From Patescibacteria group bacterium (lineage in GTDB: Bacteria > Patescibacteriota > Gracilibacteria > BD1-5 > UBA2023): a DNA stretch of 64,000 nt. The position numbers were made by a program, and so were the translations under genes. Location: assembly GCA_049315825.1 (NCBI GenBank), contig JBMOJK010000004.1, forward strand, positions 648-64,647. The letters run 5' to 3'. Shown one piece after another: positions 40,410-50,136 of this stretch. Below the pieces are notes generated by a model. That model ran no database searches. It was not told the origin of the DNA and saw only the letters and a list, made by a program, of their open reading frames with translations. The stretch's first letter is position 1. Every line of letters starts with the position of its first letter.

Positions 40410-42722
40410 TTATTCATCAACCTGCATGTCGAGATTTGCTGTACGAACTGTTCCATCAGCGTAGGTAACAGTAAGCTTCACTTGGTACGTACCTGACTTT
40501 TCAAATACATGTGTTGGATTTGCTTCTGTGGAAGTGGTTGTCCCATCTCCAAAATCCCACTCATATTTGTCGATCTGACCAACACTTCCGAAACTATCGA
40601 AGTCGATGCTCATCCCTGCCTTTCCAGAAGAAAGACTCGAATGTACTGTGAGTTTCTTTGGAACTTCTTTGATAATAATCTTGCGACTCGTGGAAGCCTT
40701 TGATCCATCATCCTTCACAATCGTGAGCGTGGCAGTGTACTCACCCGGGATGTAATATGCGTAGGTTTTTACAGCATCTCATTCGCTTGGCTCTTTTCCT
40801 TCGCCAAAGTCGTAGATGAATTTGGATATTTTACCCGAGCGAACGCTCGATGCAGATCCATCGAAGGTAATCTTTACTGTTGCATAGAGGCTATCGAGAT
40901 CACTTTGTCCATCTGGAAGAACGAGCTTAAAGCTTGGTGAGATTTCTTCTTTCTTTCCTTCGATAATAATCTTTTCAGATGCATTGAGCTTCTCATCCGA
41001 ACCCTGCTTCTCAAAGATGTAGTTCACATTGATTTCATATCGTTTTTCAACGACGAATTCCTGTTGAACAATGAGTCACTTTTTCTCATCTCCACCGAAA
41101 TCCCACTGTACATCCGTGAGTTCATAACCTGGATTCTTAACTCGTACATCCGATGCATCGAAAGTGAGCTTCGATGGGATTGTAAAGTTCTCAATCTTAT
41201 ATGCTCGAAGGTCCGAGTTATATGTACCCTTAAGGAGAGATTCCCCTGAATCATTTGTCACTTTTATCATCGAATCTGAATTCGAATTTCTAATAAGTGC
41301 GAGCGGAGCTTTGATTGTAATTCGCTCTGTTACTGTGACAGTATTCCCTGCTGTATCACGAAGTACAGCGCTAATCTTATATGTTCCATAGCTTGGAAAA
41401 CTCGTTTCGAAGGATTCCTCATTGGAAAGTGTTGCGGTGTCATCGAGTAACCACTTAACTGATTCGATTTCTCCCCCACTTTTTGACTTCTTATCAGTAA
41501 GTGAGAAACTGATTTTTCGGACATCCGTAGGATCAACCTGATACTTGATAGATGCACTAATAGGAGAATCTGATCTAGATTTTACAAAGAAAATACGATC
41601 ACAAACATCCTTCCTCTTGGGGTCACTGTTTGCTGCAAGACAGACGAATTTATCTGCCTTCTCGATCTTGGTCGTAAACTTCAGTTCACGCGAAGCAACA
41701 GTATCAAGGTTATCACTCGTATACCAAGCAAGATTCCCCAGTGTTTTAAGATCCGTTGCATCGAAGACCACATTCTTGTCGGTAGACTTGATATCTACAC
41801 TCCCAACAATATTGATCGACTCAAAGACGATCGGCACCACTTTCCATTCTCGAGTAACGGTATCATATCCACTATATGTGCCCTTTGGAGTAAATTTACC
41901 CTTACGATCGTAGGTGTAGACCAAACTTTTGTCAGCAGCTGGATTAGATCATTTCTTATCTACAGTGCCATCGCCATCGTAGTCGATTTCATAACCGTCA
42001 ATATCGATCGTCTTAGACGCAAATTTCACATCCGATGCGAGATCGTATCGGATCGTCACTGGTCCGATGATATTATTGAAGTCTACGATTTCAGCAGAAT
42101 CTTTAAATCGATCGGAGAGATAGAGATCATTGTCATATGCGATCACTCCCCCGTTCGGATTTACGAAGTCTGAAGCCCCGATTTTCTTGAAAAGAAATGC
42201 CCAAAATCCGATGTTCGAGAAGAGGATGATCCCTATAAACGCAGAAAGGATGAAGTAAACAGTCTTCTTACGTCGGAATTCTTTCTTGGTAATAATTGCC
42301 CGAAACAAGAAGATTACCCAAGTTACCGAGAGGATAAATGTAATCGATCCGAAGATTCCATTCACTAGATTACTCAGGAGTGATGCCACCTGAGAAGGAT
42401 TGATCCCAAATCGGATAAAAAATCGCGCCTCTCCAGGATTGAAGACAATATATGCCAGGAATGACCCGAAGAATATTAGTGCGACGAGAAAGAGTGTACC
42501 AAGGATCTTCATAAACTGAGCCGGCTTCATAGGCTCGCGCTTTTTGGGAGGTTGAACTGGTGGAGTTGGCGGAGTTCATACAACCGATGCTTGTGGAGCT
42601 ACGGCAGGAGTTGATGTCGCCTCCTTAGACACCGAAGAAGCCTCTATTGAAGAGGCTCATTCGGCGAGGATAGCATCGAGAAAGCTTGGTCGGCTTGTCT
42701 CGTTATTCTCAGGTGTGGTCAT
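40410..42722 (-). CDS. Polytopic membrane protein with PKD-type repeats (770 aa)
   Basis: Four track ORFs (41949..42530, 41076..41924, 40779..41027, 40410..40718) share one frame and join at TGAs. The frame extends upstream through two more TGAs to ATG 42720-42722. The N-tail is Pro/Thr-rich and is followed by three TM helices. PKD signatures: EIDYDGDGTVD, VQWDFGGDEKK, FIYDFGEGKEP, YEWDFGDGTTT. The start lies 11 nt after the giant gene's stop. Confidence 0.8.
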
Positions 42723-42732
42723 AGATTTTTAC

Positions 42733-45700
42733 TTATTTAAGCCAATCAGGGAGATCATCCATATTCGTGGTAGATGGAAGAATTGGAGTCTCTGTTGTTG
42801 GTATTGGTTCTGCCTTCTTCTTGGCTGAAGATTTTGCCTTTGGTTTTGGAGTAGGCTTTTCAGCTACAGACTCAGACTTAATCGAAGCTGGTACTGACTC
42901 AACTACAGCCTGAGGTACTGAGGGCTGAAGATCTTTCAACCAATCAGGAAGGTCGTCCACTGCAGGGGCTACAGGGGCTGCAGCTTCCGGAGCTGACTCA
43001 GGAATAGCAACAGCTTTTGATTCCTTAGACTCGTCCAATGGGAAATATTGTGTAGTTACTGGCACATCTTGAGTATATGCAGGAGCTTCTTCCTGGTGAA
43101 TCTCCTCTGTAGGCATTTCCTGTGGAGTACTTTCTACAGCAATCTGTTCTTCCTGTGCTGCAGTTCCAGAGAGCCAACTTGGAAGTTCAACTTCAGCCTT
43201 TTCCTCCACGGCAATGGAAGGTTCAGATGCTGGAGATGTAACTTCTTCAGCAGCAATCATAGAAGGTACTTCAGCATGGACCGCTTCTACCGTCTGAGTT
43301 GTCTCAGGCTCTGGAACAATAGGTGCTTCAGGAGTGGAAATTGCTGATGGAGTAGTCGCAGATAGCCAACTTGGAAGGGTAACTGGTTCTGGAGTTACAG
43401 GAGCTGCCACAACTGGTTCAGCTGGTTTCTCATCAACCACGAGTCGTTCAGTTGTACCCTTAAGCCAATCGGGAATGACAGCGGGTTGAGATTGAGTAGC
43501 ATCTGTCGAATTCCCTTCGGATGAACTAAGTGGATCAAAGGTAGGTGTTGGAGTAGATGCTACTGAAGCTGGGACGCTTGCGAGGAGATCATTGAAAGCG
43601 GGGGCCTTTGGTTCTACCTGAGTAGAGAGAGTTGAGCCAACAACCGTCGAACTTACCACAGGAGCCGGACTTCCCTTATGGAAGATTTTCTCGATGAGGA
43701 AATCTTGGAAGCCCATTGTCCCATTTCGATTTGTGATCTTGAAAATCCCGAAGAGTGCAATAAATGCAAGAACGATAAATCCAACAATGTAACCAAATGC
43801 CTTAAGGATGCCAAGTAGGATAGATATGATATCAGTTGGTCCTGTTGATGTCTGTGTTTCGGTTGCTACTGAGAGGTTCTTTGATCCTCCGTTGATGATA
43901 ATGCGGAGTTGCTCCTTGAGCGTGAGCTTATCAGCATCGCTGATGTTTTCATCAGACTTGATATACCCAAGAATCTTTTCTCCGATCGTCTTGTTGAGTT
44001 CAGTATTGGTTGGATGACCGAGGATTTCACCTACGAGTCCAGACTTACCATCCTTTCCAAAGATTTCTTCGTAGTGCGTATTCGATGTTGGGATGAGCTT
44101 TTTGAGCACACTCGTTGCGAGTGACATTTCATCTTTGGTTTCTGACTCAGTAAGGAGGAATCCATCGAGGATCGTGAGGAATTCATTCTTCACGTCGTCA
44201 GAGACTGAGAGATCAGCCACTGTTCGTTCCATGGCAACTACAGCCTTAGTTTTTTCTGTAGTATCCTGCCATCCATCCTGAAGCTGGCTAAGCTGTTGCA
44301 TAAGCTTTACGCGGTCTGCTTCTGGAGCTTTTGTTCGTACGAGATCTTTGAGCTTTCCGAGAGATGCTTTGTCAGCATCAGAAATCGCCTTGTTAAGCGC
44401 TCCTGAGCCTTCGAGTGTATCCTTGATAGCATTTTCATCCGCGTAATCAAGAACGATCTTGATCTTCTGTGATCCGATCTTCTTCCCTGATCCATCATAG
44501 ATTGCAACCATAATGTTGCGCTCCTTGGTAGAACCGAGGTTTCGGATCATAAATGGCGCTCCGTTGGTGTATGAGTCAGTTCCAGCATTATCGGCATCGT
44601 CTGAGACCTCACCATTGAGATCACTATCCGCAGTGATATCAGAGTCGATTGTATACTTCGTTACATCACCCTTTGATTCTCCAAGATATACGAATACCTT
44701 TTCGTCAGAGCGAGAAACATGGATTTCGTTATCTTCTGCCTTTGGATATGTAAATACTACGAGGTTTTCAGAAGAATTCTTGAGACGTGCTGCATTGATA
44801 ACATCCTTGCGGAGTGGAACTGTAATTGTCTTCGTATCTGTTCCATCCGAAACTTCGAGTGTCACTTGTGAGGTCGTATCTTCTGTATCGAGGTTTACAA
44901 CATATGAGTCACGATTCTCTGATGTATTTTTTCCTACTGTCCACTTTACCTTGCTGTAGATTCCGCTTGTTGTATTCATGAATACATAGCGGTTTCCGAT
45001 ACCGTAGTATTCGAGGTTTGGCCGGAGCTCGTTGCGGATCGTGATCTGAGAATACTTTGTATTTGAAATCCCCTTGTACGTTGCCTTTACCTTCATATTG
45101 AAAGATCCTGGCTTGTCGTAGGTGTGCTTTACACTTGGAGATGTCGTCGTTTCATCGTAGAAACCATCACCATCGTAGTCCCACTTAAACTCTGTTTTCT
45201 CAGTAATATCCTGCTGGAGAATATTCTTTACATTTGCCTGGAAAGCGAGTGATTCACCTACGTTGGCACTTGATTTAGATGCCTTGAGTGTGATGAGTGG
45301 AGTATTGATATTGTCAGATGCGAGCGTAATAGAATATCGCTCATCGTGTCCTTCTTCTGAGTTTACCTTTGCACCATTTGAGTCTTCGAGCGTCACGGCG
45401 AAATAGTATTTCCCGTTGATGCGTGGAAGAACAAACGTAGTCTTTGGTGTACGTGTAATACGGAAATCCTGTGGTTCTGGATCGCTATCAGTGTAGTAGT
45501 ACCAGAGATATGAAACAATCACTCCATCTGGATCAATTGCATTGTTTGCTGCAACATTTACGATAACTGGATCAGCATCTGGTTTGTCAGATGTTACAGT
45601 GAGTGAGGCGAATGTTGGGAGAACATTTTCAACCTTTACATTCATATATGCGGTACTTGTCTTCCCTGTTTTCTGGCTACGAACCGTAAGGCTCACTGGA

Positions 45701-48192
45701 AAACATCCAAGTTCATCAAACTTATATGAGAAATCTCGCTGTGTAGAGTTCTTTCCTCCGTACTTCCATGTATAGGTAAGTCCGTTGGTTGTGCCATCTG
45801 TATTGATACTCTCTTCACCAGTAATTCGAATTGCCTTCGTGCGGTCTACGATATAGGCATCCCCTTCAGGACATGCATTTGCAACCGGTTCTACTGTATC
45901 TTGATCGTTTTTAACCGTGATCGCTGCAAGCGGTGAATCTGCATCGGAAACATACACCTTTCGAGTGATCGTGTTTGAATTTCCAGCATTTGGATTTCCA
46001 CGAACTGTGAGTCGTACATCGAATGTTCCAGACTTCTTGTATGTATGAAATGCTCGGCTTTCGCTTGTGTTTTCGCTTGTCCCATCACCGTAATCCCATT
46101 CGAATACAGTGGCCTCTTTTGACTCTGCAACGATAGCAACGGGTGATCCAAGCTGTCCAACCTTTGGAGTGACGATCAGCTTCACAGAGAGGAGAGATTC
46201 TACATTGAAATCCTTCTTTGTATTCGTTACCTTCCCCTGCTGGTTTCCAAGATCGAGAACGATCGTATGATTTCCCTTTGTTGTGAATGTATAGTAACCG
46301 AGTGCACCATTTCGTGAGCTATTGTTGAGTTCAACTCGTTCTCCATCAATCGTCCAATTAAATGTAAGCTTTGAGGCATCGAGGCTATCTGGATCATAGC
46401 TACGAGTTGCATCGAGCAGTACAGTGTTTGGAGTTTCTGCAGATGCAGACTTTACTTCAAACTGAGCGATTGGATCTTTTGAATCAATACGAACTGAGAT
46501 ATTGTCCGTATCCTGCTGACCATTCGAAGAAAGAGTCTTCAGTCGCACTACATAGTTTCCCATGCGTGGGAACTTGTAGTTGATAGACGAAGCCTTTGTA
46601 GAATAGAGTGACTTTCCTGAATCTGCTTCGAGAATTGACCATTCGTATGTAAGAAGCACAGATGCAGCATTGGAGCTTGCCTGAAACTTGAAGTCATCGC
46701 TTGCAAAACCGGAAGTCTTATCGGCTCGGATTGTAGCGATTGGATCTTGAACCTGGAGGTTGATCGTCTTGACAACTTCAGCCTTCTCGTTCGTTGTGAT
46801 CTTGAGTCGGATTGTGTAATTCCCAGCTCGTGCATACACCTGACGCTCTACACGTGGAGATCCATTGTATACAGAAGTATTTCCATTTCCGAAATCCCAT
46901 TCTGTCTTGAGAATAGTAGCTCCTGCTGCCGCAGTAGAAGATGAAGCATCGATGATCAATCCTGAATTTCCCTGGTTTGGAGTAATCTTGTAGCTATCTG
47001 TCTGCGAAACATTTGATCCATTAAGATAGAGAAGAATGTTTGCAAGCTTTGGTTCTACACGGATTTCTTGAGTTCCATTGAATGGGAGAACGTCCATTCG
47101 CCCCTTTGAATTTCGACTTGCAGAAAGAATCTGGAGATTCACAGTGTATACCCCTTCTTCCGTGAATTTATAACCGATTGATGGACCATTTCCGATCACC
47201 TTTCGAGTATTTCCTACTCCCTTGAGCCACCAAACATAGTTCGAATCTGGGATGCGAACTCCCGATGGATCACGCGCTTCGTTTGCGCGGAGCGTTACGG
47301 TAAGTGCAGCATTTCCATGATCAGGAGTTGCGCTGATCTTAGTAGAAATCTGTCCGATCTTTACCTTCGTAAGAAGATCCTTGAGTGACTGAGCAAGACG
47401 ATCAGTATAGAGATTAGAATCAGGATATTTCTGAACGAGAGCGATCGAAGTAAGAACTCCGTTTGCAAGTCCAATATTGAGATCCTTGTCCGTATCAGGA
47501 AAAGTATCCATACTCTTCGTGACTGCAGTCTTGAGATCCTGGAGAGATGCGAATTTTACACGTCCGTCTACTTCGTAGTCGCGACCGATAGACTGAGAAA
47601 TAGACTCGATCTGCGCACGGTAGAAATCAAATGCCTTACCCTCATCAGGATCAGCTGCATATGCAGAATCAATTGAGAATACACTAGAAATCGCATTGAT
47701 AATCCCCTCCTTCTTATTCTTGCCTGTTCCAATAATGAAACGTGTAATAGAATACGCAAGGGTAATGAGGATAAGACCAGCAATCGCATAAACGATGATT
47801 TTCTTGGCCTTCTTGACCTTTTCTTCGTCGCCCGCTGATGTGAGCACAGAGAAACCAGCCCAGAGAATCAGCGCTACTGTAATGAGTGCCAAGAATGTGA
47901 GCAAGTATGCTACAACATCCTGAACATATTCAGAGAAGCGCTTATCTGTTTTGATATCGTTGACACCATTCTTTACAAGGTCTGTTCCCTTGTCGAGTGA
48001 ACAGTACTTCGAAGAACTTGGGTCATTCGAGTTACAGATATTTATTTTTGTGTCGTCTTCACAGTTGAGTGCCCAAATGCTGCATGCTGCGTGTGCAGTA
48101 GCAGGAGCGGAAGTGAGTGATCCTGTTTCAATAAGTGAAACAAGTGGAAGAGAGAGGAATCCGAGGAGGATGATTCGCACCAAACGAAGCAT
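42733..48192 (-). CDS. Giant (1,819 aa) surface protein: signal peptide, T4SS-pilin-like (TrbC/VirB2-like) two-helix membrane module, PKD/Ig-like repeat array, third TM helix, Pro/Glu-rich tail with five [LI]P[DS]WL[KS] motifs
   Basis: A single uninterrupted ORF containing no TGA. I place the start at ATG 48190-48192 (MLRLVRIILLGFLSLPLVSLIETGSLTSAPATAHA). The pilin-like block, at about 47728-47970, reads VVAYLLTFLALITVALILWAGFSVLTSAGDEEKVKKAKKIIVYAIAGLILITLAYSITRFI. PKD signatures include EWDFGNGNT, FEWDYGDGTS and FKWDYDGDGFY, plus degenerate copies. A TM helix lies at about 43741-43830 (ISILLGILKAFGYIVGFIVLAFIALFGIF). TAA stop. Confidence 0.85.
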   Translation of the reverse strand: MLRLVRIILLGFLSLPLVSLIETGSLTSAPATAHAACSIWALNCEDDTKINICNSNDPSSSKYCSLDKGTDLVKNGVNDIKTDKRFSEYVQDVVAYLLTFLALITVALILWAGFSVLTSAGDEEKVKKAKKIIVYAIAGLILITLAYSITRFIIGTGKNKKEGIINAISSVFSIDSAYAADPDEGKAFDFYRAQIESISQSIGRDYEVDGRVKFASLQDLKTAVTKSMDTFPDTDKDLNIGLANGVLTSIALVQKYPDSNLYTDRLAQSLKDLLTKVKIGQISTKISATPDHGNAALTVTLRANEARDPSGVRIPDSNYVWWLKGVGNTRKVIGNGPSIGYKFTEEGVYTVNLQILSASRNSKGRMDVLPFNGTQEIRVEPKLANILLYLNGSNVSQTDSYKITPNQGNSGLIIDASSSTAAAGATILKTEWDFGNGNTSVYNGSPRVERQVYARAGNYTIRLKITTNEKAEVVKTINLQVQDPIATIRADKTSGFASDDFKFQASSNAASVLLTYEWSILEADSGKSLYSTKASSINYKFPRMGNYVVRLKTLSSNGQQDTDNISVRIDSKDPIAQFEVKSASAETPNTVLLDATRSYDPDSLDASKLTFNWTIDGERVELNNSSRNGALGYYTFTTKGNHTIVLDLGNQQGKVTNTKKDFNVESLLSVKLIVTPKVGQLGSPVAIVAESKEATVFEWDYGDGTSENTSESRAFHTYKKSGTFDVRLTVRGNPNAGNSNTITRKVYVSDADSPLAAITVKNDQDTVEPVANACPEGDAYIVDRTKAIRITGEESINTDGTTNGLTYTWKYGGKNSTQRDFSYKFDELGCFPVSLTVRSQKTGKTSTAYMNVKVENVLPTFASLTVTSDKPDADPVIVNVAANNAIDPDGVIVSYLWYYYTDSDPEPQDFRITRTPKTTFVLPRINGKYYFAVTLEDSNGAKVNSEEGHDERYSITLASDNINTPLITLKASKSSANVGESLAFQANVKNILQQDITEKTEFKWDYDGDGFYDETTTSPSVKHTYDKPGSFNMKVKATYKGISNTKYSQITIRNELRPNLEYYGIGNRYVFMNTTSGIYSKVKWTVGKNTSENRDSYVVNLDTEDTTSQVTLEVSDGTDTKTITVPLRKDVINAARLKNSSENLVVFTYPKAEDNEIHVSRSDEKVFVYLGESKGDVTKYTIDSDITADSDLNGEVSDDADNAGTDSYTNGAPFMIRNLGSTKERNIMVAIYDGSGKKIGSQKIKIVLDYADENAIKDTLEGSGALNKAISDADKASLGKLKDLVRTKAPEADRVKLMQQLSQLQDGWQDTTEKTKAVVAMERTVADLSVSDDVKNEFLTILDGFLLTESETKDEMSLATSVLKKLIPTSNTHYEEIFGKDGKSGLVGEILGHPTNTELNKTIGEKILGYIKSDENISDADKLTLKEQLRIIINGGSKNLSVATETQTSTGPTDIISILLGILKAFGYIVGFIVLAFIALFGIFKITNRNGTMGFQDFLIEKIFHKGSPAPVVSSTVVGSTLSTQVEPKAPAFNDLLASVPASVASTPTPTFDPLSSSEGNSTDATQSQPAVIPDWLKGTTERLVVDEKPAEPVVAAPVTPEPVTLPSWLSATTPSAISTPEAPIVPEPETTQTVEAVHAEVPSMIAAEEVTSPASEPSIAVEEKAEVELPSWLSGTAAQEEQIAVESTPQEMPTEEIHQEEAPAYTQDVPVTTQYFPLDESKESKAVAIPESAPEAAAPVAPAVDDLPDWLKDLQPSVPQAVVESVPASIKSESVAEKPTPKPKAKSSAKKKAEPIPTTETPILPSTTNMDDLPDWLK

Positions 48193-48270
48193 TGTAAGTT
48201 CCTTTAGAGGGTAGAGAAGCGATTTACGCCTTACCGTCACGTTATCATATGACCGTTTTGAATGCAAAAA

Positions 48271-49665
48271 TTAGCTACCACTACATGCTTCATCGTATCC
48301 AGACTGACCTATGAGGTGCTTTTTTTGGCAGTCCATTTCTTTAACTGTATCCGATAAGATTGCCTTTGCATTGGGATTACTGCGGTCGAGCGCATTTCCA
48401 AAATATGCTTCAAATTCCGAAGTAAGACCGCGATCAAAATTCACAAGACTCACATCTCCTGCAGGGATAAAGCTATCATATCGCACCCAAGGAAAGTTTT
48501 TATTCATGGTTTTATCCTTGCGTTCCTCTACGAGATCATTGCGTGCTGGGAGGTAGTGTGGAAACGCTTCAAGATACGCCTGAGCGGATTCCTTGCTTGA
48601 AAGATGTACGAGGAAATCTGTCGCAGCCGCAGGATTTGGAGCGTATTTAGAGAGAGCAAAGTATGTATAGCGAGCAAGATTGAGCTTCTTACCGACACCT
48701 GTTTGTGGAATCTCGGACGATCGTAGATCTTTTTTCTCAAGAACCGCATCAGAACTCGCACGCTTGAGTGAGTACTCAATCTCACGAAGCAGTGAAGGAT
48801 ATCCGAAGATTACCCCGATCTTTCCGCGTACAAACATATCCGTAGAGGAAATCCCCTGACGATCCATCGCATCTTTGAGCTTTATGAGGTGGTTTGCATT
48901 GTCAGAGCCTGCATCGTTTCCAGAATATGAAAGATATTCACTGAGTGCTTTTTCAGCCTGAGTGTCTGCCATGTTCGAGAATGCATTGATTCCACCCTGG
49001 ATCAAGAAGAGTGATGCAATATTTGCTGCCTGCGTGACATAACGATTTCCCAGTCCAAGTCCTACTGGAACAGTATCTTCGGTGATATTTTCTGAGATGT
49101 ATTTCTTAAGTTCGTCCCAAGTGAGTGGTACAGCATTGCTCACAACTGAGCGATTGTAAAAAGCGCCCATAGTCTCATACGCAAGTGGCACTCACTTGAT
49201 AGATCGGATTTGGATCTCCTTCCCGTCCGCACTCTTTCCTGACTCAGTCACGATGAGATCATCGAAGAGTTTGTTGTAGTTGCGGGCCATATCATCGATA
49301 TTCACCGCTGAATCTGGAAGATTGGCAGTCTTGGTTTCAAGAATCCCAGCGCCCGACGATGGAACAACGAAAATATCTGGAGAGTTCCCATCAGCAATCA
49401 CATTGAGGAGTGATTTCTCATAATCTCCGTAGGTCGCAAACTTGGTAACGACTACGTTCGTATCTTTGTAGCTGTCTTTTTTGAATGCTTTGATGATATC
49501 ATCAAAGCCTGTGCTGTCATCTCCTACAACCCACATGGATATCTCTTTTGGTCCTTTTGGTCCTTTTTGCTGGCTTTTAGAATTCGCCATGAGTGTGAAT
49601 CCAATACCGATCGCGAGCGCAAGCACTGCTATCCCGATGAAGAAGAAGAGTTTTTTCTGTGACAT
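48271..49665 (-). CDS. Extracellular solute-binding protein (ABC transporter SBP family 1-like), orphan
   Basis: Track ORFs 49192..49665 and 48271..49191 are contiguous in frame across TGA 49192-49194 (..IRSIK-G-VPLAYETMGAFYNR..). It has an N-terminal membrane anchor or signal (FFFIGIAVLALAIGIGFTLMA). No permease or ATPase genes are adjacent. Confidence 0.65.
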
Positions 49666-49668
49666 AGA

Positions 49669-50067
49669 CTAGAGATTGGCAATGAGTTGCTCCTGAATAG
49701 ACGTGAATTCTTCAGTAGTAAGCTTAAGCGGATTTCCGAAGTGCGTTTCAGACATATTCTCTGCTGGGATCACATGTACATGAACATGTGGAACATCAAA
49801 TCCAAGCACGTGCAAAGTCGATCGAGACTTTCCAAATGCTTTGATCTGAGCATTGGCGATGAGCTTCGCAGTGGCAAATACCTCAGAGTAAAATGGCTCT
49901 GGGAGATCCGTGAAAGCATCTACCGCAAGCTTTGGAACTACGAGGACGTGTCCTTTTTGAACAGGATTGATATCGAGAAACGCATAGACATGCGGAGTTT
50001 CGTAGATTTTGTACGAAGGGATTTCTCCTTCGATAATTTTGGTGAAAATAGTTTTTGACATGGGCAA
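49669..50067 (-). CDS. HIT-family (histidine triad) nucleotide hydrolase
   Basis: 132-aa ORF with IFTKIIEGEIPSYKIYE and the HIT motif HVHVHVIP. TAG stop, 4 nt before the SBP start. Confidence 0.9.
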   Translation of the reverse strand: MPMSKTIFTKIIEGEIPSYKIYETPHVYAFLDINPVQKGHVLVVPKLAVDAFTDLPEPFYSEVFATAKLIANAQIKAFGKSRSTLHVLGFDVPHVHVHVIPAENMSETHFGNPLKLTTEEFTSIQEQLIANL

Positions 50068-50136
50068 AGTATAGCCTCTCTGGAGAGATTTTCAAATTTA
50101 CAAAACTGTACTTTTCCCTAAAATCACGCATCTAAT

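Noticed and set aside
40410-48192. PKD repeats as nucleotide-level tandem repeats, a mobile repeat array or a diversity-generating retroelement target.
   Set aside because: The repeats are recognisable only at the protein-motif level. I saw no long near-identical DNA copies, no template repeat and no reverse transcriptase.
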